A stretch of 41,644 nucleotides of DNA from a virus (Duplodnaviria > Caudoviricetes). The translations under genes were made by a program, and so were the position numbers. Below the pieces are notes generated by a model, which saw nothing but the letters and a program-made list of their open reading frames with translations, had not been told where the DNA came from and searched no databases. Shown here piece by piece: positions 25,421 to 34,927 of this stretch. The DNA is taken from the IMG/VR virus record IMGVR_UViG_3300050150_000071, positions 1 through 41,644 of that record. One strand, given 5' to 3'. Positions within the stretch are counted from its first letter, which is position 1, and each line of letters starts with the position of its first letter.

Positions 25421-27478
25421 TCAGGAGCCGTTCGAGCGGCACAGGCCACGGTGGTCGATCACCTTGGTGGCGAAGTCCTCGCGGCACTTGAAGCTCAGGC
25501 CGTCGACCTCGAAGCCCACTTCGCTTTCGATGACCGGGCCTTCTGCGCCGTCCAGGTAGCAGTACTCGACCGTGTCCACCTGGCTGCTGTTGGCGGCCAG
25601 ATACCACTGGGCAGCGCTGGAGCCATCCAGCACCGGCTCCACGATCGGCTCCAGCGCGGTGCGGCCACCGGTGCGGAACTCGTTCACCTCGCTCTTGGTG
25701 GCGGGCGTGTACTGCGAGCTGGTCAGCTGGTAAGCCGTCTGTTCCAGATCGGTCGGCACGATCAGGTAGGCCGGCGCCAGGTTCAGCTCTTCAGACTGCA
25801 TGCCCTTCTGCTTGCGCATCGCCTTGCGGCCATCGCTCAGCGCCGTGAACTGCAGGGCCGAGCCAGCGCCCGTGAGCAGGTTGCCGTGGCCGGCGTTGAA
25901 CAGCGCGATGCCATCGGCCAGGGGCGCGTTGGCCGTCAGCTGGGCGTAGACCATGCGGTTTTCAAGGCGGGCCGAAGCGCCGCCGAAGCCCGTCACCATG
26001 CGGTCGAAGGCGCGCAGGTCATCGTTGATCACAGCCTGGCGCGACAGCGACACAATGCGGCCGTAGGTCAGCAGCTGATAGGTCTCGGCGCCGTCTTTCA
26101 GGGTGCCGTACTTGAACTCGCCGTGCTCGTTGGTCTGCAGCAGATCGGGCATGGCCGACATCTGCACCACGCTGATGCTCTTGAAGTCCGGCGCGTTCGG
26201 CGCGCGGCGGGCCCAGCGGGTGTAAGTGCCGGGGTTCTCTTCGTAGCCCATGCGCAGGCGCTTGTTGGCCACGTTGGACATGAGCGACGAGAAGTCGCTC
26301 ACCGTGTTCAAGCCACCGCTGCGGAAGGTCAGCATGCGCGTGGCCAGCGTCATCTTGTCCATGCCGCGCGTGTTCACACCGGCGGCGGCCAGCATGTCGC
26401 GGCCCACCTCCAACAGCGACATGCCACGATACTGGCGGCCGTTGTCGGTCAGCTGGGCGCGCGCATCCACGCGGGCCAGCATCGCCTCGCCGATGCCCGC
26501 CATGCGGGTTTCCAGCTCATCGCGCACGGTCTCCACGCGCACGTTGGTGTGGCCACCGGCAGCGGCATCGCGGCGGGCCAGCTCATCCAGCACGGTGCTG
26601 CGGGCATCGTCCAGGCTGCGGCCCGAGCGGATCAGGCCAGAGGCCAGGCTCGGCAGGTTGTGGCGGGTGCACAGGTCGATGATGTCAGCGGCGGCATTGA
26701 CCTGGTCAGCGCCGCGCTGGGCTTCGCCGGCACCGGCATTGCCGGCGCCCACGATGGTGGTGGTGATGGGCGTTGCGGGTGCGCCGCCCGAGGTGGTGTC
26801 AGCCTGGTGAGGCATGGAAGTCTCCAAACGGGAGTTGATGGGCGCACTCGCCCGGACGAATTCGCAAGGCAGGCCGTTTTGATGGCTGCCATTGCGAGCA
26901 CTGGAATCAGCGGCCTGTTGCTGGCCGCGCGTTTGCGCGCCCGGATCAGCGGGCACGGTGACAAAAGAGATTTCCTGCGGGGTCCAGCGCACAGCGCGGT
27001 ACAGCGGCAGGTTCACGCCATCGGTGCGGTCCTGAGCGCGCACGATCTCGTAGCGCTCGACCGAGTAGCCAAAGCTGATGCTGCGGATGATCCCGGCCTT
27101 GATGTCGGCCACGATGCCAGCCAGCTCTTCGCGCTGACTCAAGCGCAGCAGGGCGCGGCCTTCGCCGCCATCGATCCAGCCGCGTGTGGCCACGCCCAGA
27201 ATGGACGCCACACCGCCATAGACCTTGTGGCCATCGAGCACCTGAACCACACCAGCTTCGAAGCGGGTCATGTCCACCGCATCGGTGCTGACCACGAGCT
27301 CTTCTTCGTAGAGGGTGTCGTTCCAGTAGTCAAAAGCCCGGCGGCGCGAGCCGGTGGTCCAGATCACCTCGACGGTGTTGTCCGTCTCGTTGTACGTGGA
27401 CGGGACCAGGGTGGCCGCACGAACCTGCGGAGGCAGGTCGTGGGTTGTGACATCGGTTGGGGTTTCGGTGCTCGGCAT
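25421..27478 (-). CDS. prohead protease-major capsid protein fusion
   Basis: N-terminal LDGH...SISFGY...PQEISFVTVPAD protease, a linker, then the capsid domain (PDFK, EHGEFKYG, YGRIVSLSRQAVINDD). Confidence 0.92.
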   Translation of the reverse strand: MPSTETPTDVTTHDLPPQVRAATLVPSTYNETDNTVEVIWTTGSRRRAFDYWNDTLYEEELVVSTDAVDMTRFEAGVVQVLDGHKVYGGVASILGVATRGWIDGGEGRALLRLSQREELAGIVADIKAGIIRSISFGYSVERYEIVRAQDRTDGVNLPLYRAVRWTPQEISFVTVPADPGAQTRGQQQAADSSARNGSHQNGLPCEFVRASAPINSRLETSMPHQADTTSGGAPATPITTTIVGAGNAGAGEAQRGADQVNAAADIIDLCTRHNLPSLASGLIRSGRSLDDARSTVLDELARRDAAAGGHTNVRVETVRDELETRMAGIGEAMLARVDARAQLTDNGRQYRGMSLLEVGRDMLAAAGVNTRGMDKMTLATRMLTFRSGGLNTVSDFSSLMSNVANKRLRMGYEENPGTYTRWARRAPNAPDFKSISVVQMSAMPDLLQTNEHGEFKYGTLKDGAETYQLLTYGRIVSLSRQAVINDDLRAFDRMVTGFGGASARLENRMVYAQLTANAPLADGIALFNAGHGNLLTGAGSALQFTALSDGRKAMRKQKGMQSEELNLAPAYLIVPTDLEQTAYQLTSSQYTPATKSEVNEFRTGGRTALEPIVEPVLDGSSAAQWYLAANSSQVDTVEYCYLDGAEGPVIESEVGFEVDGLSFKCREDFATKVIDHRGLCRSNGS

Positions 27479-27502
27479 GAGCAGACACTGTGCCGAGCGG
27501 GT

Positions 27503-27533
27503 TGTCTCACGTCACCGGAATGAGTGAGACAGA
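27503..27533 (-). promoter_or_regulatory. late promoter/activator site, copy 1
   Basis: TGTCTCAC-N13-GTGAGACA inverted repeat, 30/31 identical to 31516..31546, 25 bp upstream of the capsid ATG. Confidence 0.75.
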
Positions 27534-27556
27534 ATTGAGTGCGTGCGCAGGGAATG

Positions 27557-27577
27557 AAAAACCCCGCCGAAGCGGGG
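27557..27577 (-). terminator. intrinsic terminator
   Basis: CCCCGC-TTCG-GCGGGG-TTTTT on the minus strand. Confidence 0.85.
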
Positions 27578-27686
27578 CACTGGGTATCGCCCGCTCTGTC
27601 TCCAGGCGGGCTGTGGGGTGGGCTGCTTAGATCACGCTCAGCGCGTGGGCAGCAGGGCCAGGATGAGGGTGTCAATCGCTTCATTT

Positions 27687-29771
27687 TCAGAGCCCCACAA
27701 AATTTGGAGACCACATGCGACGAGCTGCCTCGGCGGGCGTCATCATTCCCCGCGCGAGCACAAGCCCGGATGTGACAGATCCCACACCCGGCACCACCAC
27801 AGAGTCGTCAAACAAAAGTGAGGGGCAATCAAAGTTGTCGACGCCATCGACCAGCGCCCCGGTCGGATCTGATCCTGTGTACGCCAGGCGGCGGAAGCCA
27901 CCAACCCTGTTTTGTAGATCCGAGAATTTGTAGACAGGCGACAGTACAGCGATCACGCCATTTCGGCCCGACAGCTGGGATCGAGTGCTTGACTCGACCC
28001 AATTGCCCCAGACGCGACTTCCCAATGTCAAGCCGCCGACTGCTCCGAAGCCATTGCCAGCAAATCGACTGTTGAGAACCTGGTTCCGCAGCCCCCGGTT
28101 CAGCGACACGCCCATGCCTGCGTTGTTGATCAACTCGCAGTTCATGACGATCGAATCGCTCGTGAAATCATCGAACGCGATGCCGTGCGCTTCATGGGTC
28201 GATGTCGTCTGGGCCCAGACCATGTCACGCACGAAGCAACGGTCGTACAACATCCCCTTGGTGGCATAGGTGCACATGTCCACGCCATTGGTGGTCTGCG
28301 CAGTCGTGGGCAACGCCGCGCCGCCGTTCACATAGACGCGCTGGGTCGTAACGTCAAACCCGAACTCGCCAACCGCTGGTGCCGTTTGCGCGTTGGTCGT
28401 TCTCCGCATGTTCCAAATAGATCCAATTCGCATGTGCAGGATCTCGATGTCGGGCACAGATTTGTTGTAGATGCTGGCCACGCTGACATCAAACCAATAG
28501 GTGGTTCCGCTCGCAAGCGTGAAGGTCGGGAAAACGTCCCGCAAGGTACCCATGGAGAAGGACGACATCCCGAGGCCGTCAGCTCTCCATCCGCCACCGA
28601 GAGTCTTGCAGCCGCGCAAGCGCACACCGTGCAACACGCCGTTGATCCATTTGCCCGCGCATCCAGAGGTATGAAAGCCGCCGACCGCACCGTTGATCGC
28701 ATCGACGTTGATGATGTCGATGTCATAGGCTGTGTTGTACGCGGTTGTCCGCGAGCCACTTTGCCCGTTGGCCATCACCCGCACAGGGGCGCGAAGCGTT
28801 GACGCAATGTTCGGATAAGTACCGCTGATGGTGCTGGTGACCCCTGTGATTGTGCTGTTTTGCACAACGACCGAGTAGATATCCTGCTCGCGTGAGCCGT
28901 TGGTGATCACGACGCCAGATTTGTCGCCTCCACTAAGGCTCGCGTCCACATCGATGTCGGCGAATGAGCAGTTCTCGCTTTCGATGAGGACCGTATATGG
29001 CCCCGCCACCGATGACTGGCTGGACTGGACGACCGGGCGCGGCAAAGATGGGTCGCCGTAAGCGCCCATGTGGCGATTGTTGCCCCCAAGGCGGATGGCA
29101 TCTCCGGTGTCGTGGACTAGGCGGGTGGCGCGCTTCAGACAGATCATGTCGGCCAACTGGTAGTTTGTCACTGCCCCGGTCCACGCACCTCCAGCCGCGC
29201 TGTGCTTGAGGGTCTTTTTGGGATTGGCTGGCGTGCCGTCCCCCGCATCGTTCCCATTGATAGGGTCAACACAGATGATCCGGTTCACGTCGCCTACGGT
29301 GGTGTGCGTGTACAGGCTTCGGTCATTTTCGTAGACCTGAATGGGGCCCCCAGTGCCTCCCGTGTCATACCAGGAATAGGTAAACGTCGCATCATCCGCC
29401 CCCCTCACCGCAACAAGGGAGGCGGGGTCCGACGTCAACCCCCTGAACACCGGCGCCAACTTCGTGCGCACCACCGCCGTGCCCGCAGCCTTCGGCGCCA
29501 TGCACACCCCCACACAGCTGCCCACACCCGACACACTGGTGATCCGCTTTTTAGCAGCATCCCAGAACAACTCGGTGCCCGGCAGGTAGCTCTGGGTGGA
29601 TTCAGCCACCAGGTCAAACACACCCACCGTGGACAGGTCCACCGCTTCGCCCAGCTTGGCCTCCTTGGCGCTCACGCCAAACACCGAGCCAACCTGTACC
29701 GCTTCGCCATTGGCCAGGTCATACGGGGCCTCCATGGTGACGACTTCACCATCCATCACATAGTTCTTCAT
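27687..29771 (-). CDS. DUF2190 cement domain fused to right-handed beta-helix domain (capsid spike candidate)
   Basis: The first ~105 aa are paralogous to 25017..25349. Then VDPINGNDAGDGTPANPKKTL and beta-helix-like repeats (HGIAFDDFTSDSIVMNCELINNAGMGV). ATGA-coupled to portal. Confidence 0.8.
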   Translation of the reverse strand: MKNYVMDGEVVTMEAPYDLANGEAVQVGSVFGVSAKEAKLGEAVDLSTVGVFDLVAESTQSYLPGTELFWDAAKKRITSVSGVGSCVGVCMAPKAAGTAVVRTKLAPVFRGLTSDPASLVAVRGADDATFTYSWYDTGGTGGPIQVYENDRSLYTHTTVGDVNRIICVDPINGNDAGDGTPANPKKTLKHSAAGGAWTGAVTNYQLADMICLKRATRLVHDTGDAIRLGGNNRHMGAYGDPSLPRPVVQSSQSSVAGPYTVLIESENCSFADIDVDASLSGGDKSGVVITNGSREQDIYSVVVQNSTITGVTSTISGTYPNIASTLRAPVRVMANGQSGSRTTAYNTAYDIDIINVDAINGAVGGFHTSGCAGKWINGVLHGVRLRGCKTLGGGWRADGLGMSSFSMGTLRDVFPTFTLASGTTYWFDVSVASIYNKSVPDIEILHMRIGSIWNMRRTTNAQTAPAVGEFGFDVTTQRVYVNGGAALPTTAQTTNGVDMCTYATKGMLYDRCFVRDMVWAQTTSTHEAHGIAFDDFTSDSIVMNCELINNAGMGVSLNRGLRNQVLNSRFAGNGFGAVGGLTLGSRVWGNWVESSTRSQLSGRNGVIAVLSPVYKFSDLQNRVGGFRRLAYTGSDPTGALVDGVDNFDCPSLLFDDSVVVPGVGSVTSGLVLARGMMTPAEAARRMWSPNFVGL

Positions 29772-31279
29772 GATTGCTGTCCTTGATCGGCCGCCTTGCC
29801 GGCCGGGTTGTTTGTCGGTTTGCCCTTCAGCAGCATCACCAGGGCGTCCCAAACGCCCGCTTTCTGAAGCCGTTTGATGTCCGTCTCCAGCTCGCCGAAA
29901 ACCTTCTCGGGGTCATCACCCCGGCGGCGAATCTTTTCGCTGAAGCTGCACAGCCCACCCGCGATCTCATGCAGATCAGCCTGCACGTCATCCAGCGGGT
30001 TCACGTAGTCCCACTTGGGCGTGCTGTGGTCCACCGTGTAGCTCAGCTCGCCACGGATCAAGCCGCCCAGCTGGGCGTACTCGGCGAACACATCACAGAT
30101 GCGCTGGCACAGCATCGGCACCACCACATGCCACTGCAGCTGCTCCACCTCGCGGCGGAAGTCCAGCATGCGGATACGGGCGCTGCTGTAGTTCACTTTG
30201 GTCATGTCGCCCGTGGCCTGCTCGTAAGTGAAGCCAGCGCCAGCGCACACCAAGCCGATGTTGTAGCGGCAGTAGTCCACAAAGCCCGGCGCGGCTTTGG
30301 GCTCCACCACCGTGAAGTTCATGCCCGGCGGGGCCTGGAAGATGCCACCACCGGCCAGCTCGCCCAGCTGGCCCACCTTGGCCATGTCCTGGCCTTCGAA
30401 CCCATTGGCCAGCCCACCCACATCGCCACTGGCGATCACGCCCATGCGCGTCTCCAAATTCTTGCGGGCGATCTCGGCGTCTTCCAGCGTCTGCAGGTCG
30501 CGCACCCGGTTGATCACCGGCGACAGGCGCGGGAAGCCGCGCTGCTGCCCTGGGCGTTGAGGTGCGTACAGGTGGATGATCTGCTCGGCCGGCACCCGCT
30601 TGCTGGTCATGCCACGGGCCCGCAGCAGGGCGATCTCGCCCGGGTGCTGGTCCCACAGCCAATAGGCCACGCACTTGCCCAGCACGTCATATTCCTTGCC
30701 GCCGATCACACGGTTGCCGTTGTCGGCGCTCACCCGGATGTTGTCCAGCCAGTCCACTTCCAGCAGCTGCAGCTGCACGGGCACCGGCAGGCCGTCTTCC
30801 TTGCGGCGGGCCCGGATGCGCACCAGCACCTCACCATCGGCGTCCATGGTCCGCACAGCGGCGGCCTGCAGACCGTAGATGTCCAGGCGGCCATCGGCAT
30901 CGGCCTTGGGGCCCCAGGTCTTCCACAGGGCCGCCAGCTTGTCACCCTGGGCCCCGGTCCACTTCGGCTGAATGCCCGTGCCCACGATGTGCGCCACGCG
31001 GGCGTTCATGCCCGCCGCGATGTACTCCACGTTCTGGATCAGGTGCCGCGACTTGGCGCGCAGCATCGTGGCATCGGCCTGGTGGTCGGTGTTGGCGCTG
31101 GCGCCGCTGCGGCGCGGCTTCCACGGGTCGGCGGGCGAGGCGGCGGCATAGGCCCGGCTCAGCAGCTGGCGGTGGAAGTGGCGCTGCAGCCCGCGCTGGG
31201 GAGAGATGCGGCCGATCAGCCGGTCCAACAGCGTGGGCGCCACATAGTCGCGTACAGGATCACGTGCTCCCATGGTCAC
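29768..31279 (-). CDS. portal protein (lambda family)
   Basis: LRAKSRHL...VGTGI, LQLLEVDWL, RPGQQRGFP, GDMTKVNYSSAR motifs. Confidence 0.95.
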   Translation of the reverse strand: MTMGARDPVRDYVAPTLLDRLIGRISPQRGLQRHFHRQLLSRAYAAASPADPWKPRRSGASANTDHQADATMLRAKSRHLIQNVEYIAAGMNARVAHIVGTGIQPKWTGAQGDKLAALWKTWGPKADADGRLDIYGLQAAAVRTMDADGEVLVRIRARRKEDGLPVPVQLQLLEVDWLDNIRVSADNGNRVIGGKEYDVLGKCVAYWLWDQHPGEIALLRARGMTSKRVPAEQIIHLYAPQRPGQQRGFPRLSPVINRVRDLQTLEDAEIARKNLETRMGVIASGDVGGLANGFEGQDMAKVGQLGELAGGGIFQAPPGMNFTVVEPKAAPGFVDYCRYNIGLVCAGAGFTYEQATGDMTKVNYSSARIRMLDFRREVEQLQWHVVVPMLCQRICDVFAEYAQLGGLIRGELSYTVDHSTPKWDYVNPLDDVQADLHEIAGGLCSFSEKIRRRGDDPEKVFGELETDIKRLQKAGVWDALVMLLKGKPTNNPAGKAADQGQQS

Positions 31280-31491
31280 TCCCGGCGCGTCACGAAGGTG
31301 GGGTAGTACGCCATCTGCTTGGATGACGCGGGGCGGGCTTGCCCAGCCACCACCGTGGCCACGTGCGCGCGGGCCTTCAGCAGGCTGTCGGTGTCGCGGT
31401 AGCGCACCTTTTGGCCGTCGATCTCCACCTCCAGTTCAGAGGTGGCGATGGCGGCGTCCAGGCGGTCAAGGTCGGATTGAGTCAGGGCCAT
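31276..31491 (-). CDS. head completion protein (gpW-like)
   Basis: TQSDLDRLDAAIATSELEVEIDGQKVRYR; lies before portal. Confidence 0.85.
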   Translation of the reverse strand: MALTQSDLDRLDAAIATSELEVEIDGQKVRYRDTDSLLKARAHVATVVAGQARPASSKQMAYYPTFVTRRE

Positions 31492-31515
31492 AGGCCCCGA
31501 AAATATCGGGCGGCG

Positions 31516-31546
31516 TGTCTCACGTCACCGGAATGGGTGAGACAGA
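31516..31546 (-). promoter_or_regulatory. late promoter/activator site, copy 2
   Basis: Same 31-bp element, 25 bp upstream of the gpW ATG. Confidence 0.75.
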
Positions 31547-31547
31547 T

Positions 31548-31898
31548 TCAGCGCCCGCCCGCCGTCTTGATCGCCCGGTACACCGTGGCCCGGCTGATCT
31601 GCAGCCGCCGCGCCACCTCGGTGGCATTGCGCCCGTTGAACAGCTGCAGCACCTTCTGCGCCGTCTCCCGGCTCAAGTCGCTGCGCACATCGCGGCTGGC
31701 CCCGCTGCGGATGTAGGTCTCCACCCCGCCGAACTCATCGCGCACCGCGCGCTTGGCCTCATCCAGGTCTTTCACCTGCTGCCCGAACTCGGGCGCCATC
31801 TCCAGCAGGTAGTCGAAGATCCGGTCCACCAGGTCGGGCTCGGCGGCGATGGCGGCGGTCAGCCTGGGCGTGGGGTCTTGCTTGCTCATGGTCATCAT
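31548..31898 (-). CDS. Mor-like transcription activator
   Basis: EFGGVETYI...FNGRNATEVARRLQISRATVYRAIK, a Mor/C-type HTH. Confidence 0.8.
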   Translation of the reverse strand: MMTMSKQDPTPRLTAAIAAEPDLVDRIFDYLLEMAPEFGQQVKDLDEAKRAVRDEFGGVETYIRSGASRDVRSDLSRETAQKVLQLFNGRNATEVARRLQISRATVYRAIKTAGGR

Positions 31899-34138
31899 CT
31901 CCAGCGGCGCGGCACGTAAGAGCGCGCGGCCTGCGTTGGCTGCTGCGGCTGCTGTGGTTCTGGTGTGGCAGGGGAGGGGGCCTGGGCCTGGGCCGCCTCA
32001 TTGGCATCGGCGGCGGGCGCGGGCGCCGCCAGGCTTTTCACCGGCCCGGTGGCTACGGGCGCGGCCTGGGGCGCCTCTGTCGGCGCTTCGTCCAGCAAGG
32101 GTGCGGCCTGGGCCTGGTCGACAGCCGCGGGCTCATCCTGGTCAACGGTGTCCATCACCGGCGCGGGCCCCATCACATTGGCCAGCACGGCCAGGGCCTC
32201 AGCCGGCGCGCTGAACAGATCGCGCGGCGGCTGCACAGCTGCCTCAAGGCGGTCCCAGTCCTTCGGCTTGTACTGCTCAAGCCGGTCCATGAAGGCTGCA
32301 TGCAGGGCGTAGTTGCGCGTGTCCAGCACTTCGTTGCGCGGCCGGCGCTTGATCCACTTGAACACCTCGCCCGATGGCGACCGCACCGGCACCCGCTGCT
32401 CAGCGGTCAGCTGCTCATACCACTCACGCGGCAGCTGGTGCGAGAAGTGCACATATCCGGGGCCAGGCACTTCGATCTGCAGCTGGCCGTGCAGCAAGTC
32501 CTTGGCGGTGTCGGTACCGATCACCCATATCTTGATTCCATTCGGCCAGCGCTGGCCGTTCCACTTGACCTCCTGGCTGCTGGCCGTGCCCTTGATCGGC
32601 TTGCCTTCTTCAGACGCGCCCTTGATCACGTGCACGCGCAGCTGGCCCACCATCTTGCGCGCCCAGTTGTACACCGCATGCGTGTGGTGGCCCGAGTCGA
32701 TGCTGATCGACTGGATGCCCATAGTGCCGCCGTGCCAGGCCTGTTTGAAGCGGCGCTGCAGGTAGGTGCGCACCGCCTCCCAATCCTCATCGCGGGCTGG
32801 GTTGCCTTCGATGATGCAGTGATCGATGGGCCACGACTCGAGTCCGCGCCCCCAGGCCCACACGCCGATTTCCCAGCGGTTGCCCTGCAGGTCGATGCCC
32901 GCCGTCAAGTGCAGCCCACCGATCGGCACCACGCCCAGCGGGAAGCCCTCGGCCCGGGCCTGCAGCGCATGGTCCTCCGTTCGCTCACCCACCACCTCCC
33001 AGGTCTCGCCCTTCGTTTCATTGGTCCAGCCCTGCAGCGGCCCCGAGTCGCCAGTGCGGAAGGCCCGCTGAGCTTTGATCCGCTCCTCCACGATGTCGGC
33101 CCAGGTGCGCTGAGGGCTGTAGGCCGCCCAGACCTGGAAGGCCACATGCTTCGGTGGCCTGATCGGGTTGCCGCCGGCATCGCGCCACACCTGGTCAGCT
33201 CCGTAGCGGATGCCCGTCTTGATGCATACCCATGCGCCCACCCAGTTGGCCAGGTAGTCGGCCTGGCGGATCTCACACGCGCAGTGCGGGCACACATGTC
33301 GCACCGTCTCAGGCCGCCCGGCGTCCCACTTGAAGCCATAGGACACATCCTTGCCGCCCCAACTCAGCGGGTGCTCATCACCGCAGTGCGGGCAGCGGAT
33401 GTTGTAGCGTAGGTCGGCCAGAGCATCCAGGCGCGAGCGCTCCACATGGCACAGCCCCTTCACCCGGGGCGTGCTGCCCCCGATGAACTTGGGGTGGGGC
33501 GCGCCCTCAAGCCGGCCCCTGGCCAGCGTGCCCGGGTCAGACGACTTCTCCACCTGCTGGTCGAAGCCAGACCACTCATCCAGGATGGCCACGGCCACCG
33601 TGATCCGGCGATAGCTGCGCGCTGCCTTGCCGCCCAGGAAGTGGGCCACGCTGTCGCGGTAGGTCTTCAGCTTGATCGTGTCTTCGGCACCCTTGCCGGC
33701 CTTCTTGGCCTTGGCAATGGCCGGAATGGCCGCGAATGCGGGTTCGATCTCGCTCTTGACGAAGCTGTCGCGGTCATCGTCCGTGGGCTGCCACACGGCC
33801 TGCTTGCGGCGGCGGTGCGCGATGTTGTAGGCCATGAAGCCCACCACGGTCTTCGTGTAGCCCACCCGCTTCGACTTCTGCACATCCACGTGCTCGATGT
33901 CGTCGTTGCTGAAGGCATCCATCCAGCCCACCTGGAAGGGCCACACCTCCCAGGCGCCTTTCTGGTGGCTGCTCTCACCGGTCAGCTCGAAGTTGTCGGT
34001 GGCCCAATCGCTGTAGCGCTGGGGCGGGTCTGCGCGCAAGCTGTCCAGGCCCTGGCGCACCGCGGCCTTCACGGCCGCCCGCGTCAGCGGGTGCACCGCC
34101 GTGGCGTTGCCGGTTGCGCGCAGGGCCACAGCCGTCAT
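31895..34138 (-). CDS. terminase large subunit (lambda gpA family)
   Basis: KSKRVGYTK Walker A, AILDE, GSTP, CPHC zinc motifs, TAGIDLQ and RNEVLD. Confidence 0.95.
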   Translation of the reverse strand: MTAVALRATGNATAVHPLTRAAVKAAVRQGLDSLRADPPQRYSDWATDNFELTGESSHQKGAWEVWPFQVGWMDAFSNDDIEHVDVQKSKRVGYTKTVVGFMAYNIAHRRRKQAVWQPTDDDRDSFVKSEIEPAFAAIPAIAKAKKAGKGAEDTIKLKTYRDSVAHFLGGKAARSYRRITVAVAILDEWSGFDQQVEKSSDPGTLARGRLEGAPHPKFIGGSTPRVKGLCHVERSRLDALADLRYNIRCPHCGDEHPLSWGGKDVSYGFKWDAGRPETVRHVCPHCACEIRQADYLANWVGAWVCIKTGIRYGADQVWRDAGGNPIRPPKHVAFQVWAAYSPQRTWADIVEERIKAQRAFRTGDSGPLQGWTNETKGETWEVVGERTEDHALQARAEGFPLGVVPIGGLHLTAGIDLQGNRWEIGVWAWGRGLESWPIDHCIIEGNPARDEDWEAVRTYLQRRFKQAWHGGTMGIQSISIDSGHHTHAVYNWARKMVGQLRVHVIKGASEEGKPIKGTASSQEVKWNGQRWPNGIKIWVIGTDTAKDLLHGQLQIEVPGPGYVHFSHQLPREWYEQLTAEQRVPVRSPSGEVFKWIKRRPRNEVLDTRNYALHAAFMDRLEQYKPKDWDRLEAAVQPPRDLFSAPAEALAVLANVMGPAPVMDTVDQDEPAAVDQAQAAPLLDEAPTEAPQAAPVATGPVKSLAAPAPAADANEAAQAQAPSPATPEPQQPQQPTQAARSYVPRRWR

Positions 34139-34719
34139 GCAGGCACGCCCCCTTCGTCTTCGGCCTGGATGGCCGCGTCCAGCTGCTCCAGCGGATCCAG
34201 CAACTCGCCGTCATCACCGGCATCGGGCATCTGATCGAGCGCGCGATCGACGAACTCGGCCGTGCTGCGCACCCACTCGTTGCGCGCGCTGGCCAGCATC
34301 TTCAGCACCACGGCCTGGGCCTGCTCGGGCAGATCGGGGCAGGCCTTCGCCAACATGCCTTCCAGCGCATCGAAGCGATCGACCACCGCCGCGCTGGCCG
34401 CGCCCAGCACATCGGCGAGCAGACCGATGGGCGCGTGCACACCGGCGTCCACCGCGTTCTTGCGGTCTTGCGCGATGCGCTGCGAGCGGGCGAGGGCAGC
34501 GCGCTCTTGCACCAGGTCCAGGCCACCACCAGCCGAGGCGCGGCCAGCGGCCATGTCGCGAAGGCGCTCACAGTACGAGACCAGCCAGCCGGCGGCGGTG
34601 TCGCCATGGGCTAGCACGCCCTCGGCCTTGAGCTGGCTCACGCGAGCCTCGCTCACGCCAATGATGGACGCGAACTCAGCCTGCGAAATGGCCTGATCCA
34701 GCAGGGGCAGCAGCTTCAC
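34135..34719 (-). CDS. terminase small subunit (Nu1-like)
   Basis: SQAEFASIIGVSEARVSQL wHTH followed by LDLVQERAAL coiled coil; precedes TerL. Confidence 0.85.
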   Translation of the reverse strand: MKLLPLLDQAISQAEFASIIGVSEARVSQLKAEGVLAHGDTAAGWLVSYCERLRDMAAGRASAGGGLDLVQERAALARSQRIAQDRKNAVDAGVHAPIGLLADVLGAASAAVVDRFDALEGMLAKACPDLPEQAQAVVLKMLASARNEWVRSTAEFVDRALDQMPDAGDDGELLDPLEQLDAAIQAEDEGGVPA

Positions 34720-34754
34720 TTAACCCCCTTAGGAGACCCTTGCAACAGCCTGAG

Positions 34755-34799
34755 AACGGGGTCCGAATCACCCTCGTGGGCACCTCTTGGGAAGGACCC
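34755..34799 (-). other. putative cos region
   Basis: Minus strand GGGTCCTTCC matches lambda cosQ (GGGTCCT) and lies just upstream of TerS; the exact cosN cannot be fixed. Confidence 0.6.
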
Positions 34800-34927
34800 G
34801 CCAAATTTCAGGGTTTTGTTTTTATAGCGATAAGGATCACCAAACTGGTGCGCCGCCGAACACATATCCGCATTGGCAGTCGATTCACCTTGGTGGTGCA
34901 TCGCGAGCACGACCCCACTGGCTTCGG

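Noticed and set aside
17011-29771. A third DGR variable repeat in tail or spike genes
   Set aside because: No TR-like sequence was seen by eye on either strand; a BLASTn of TR against the genome would confirm.
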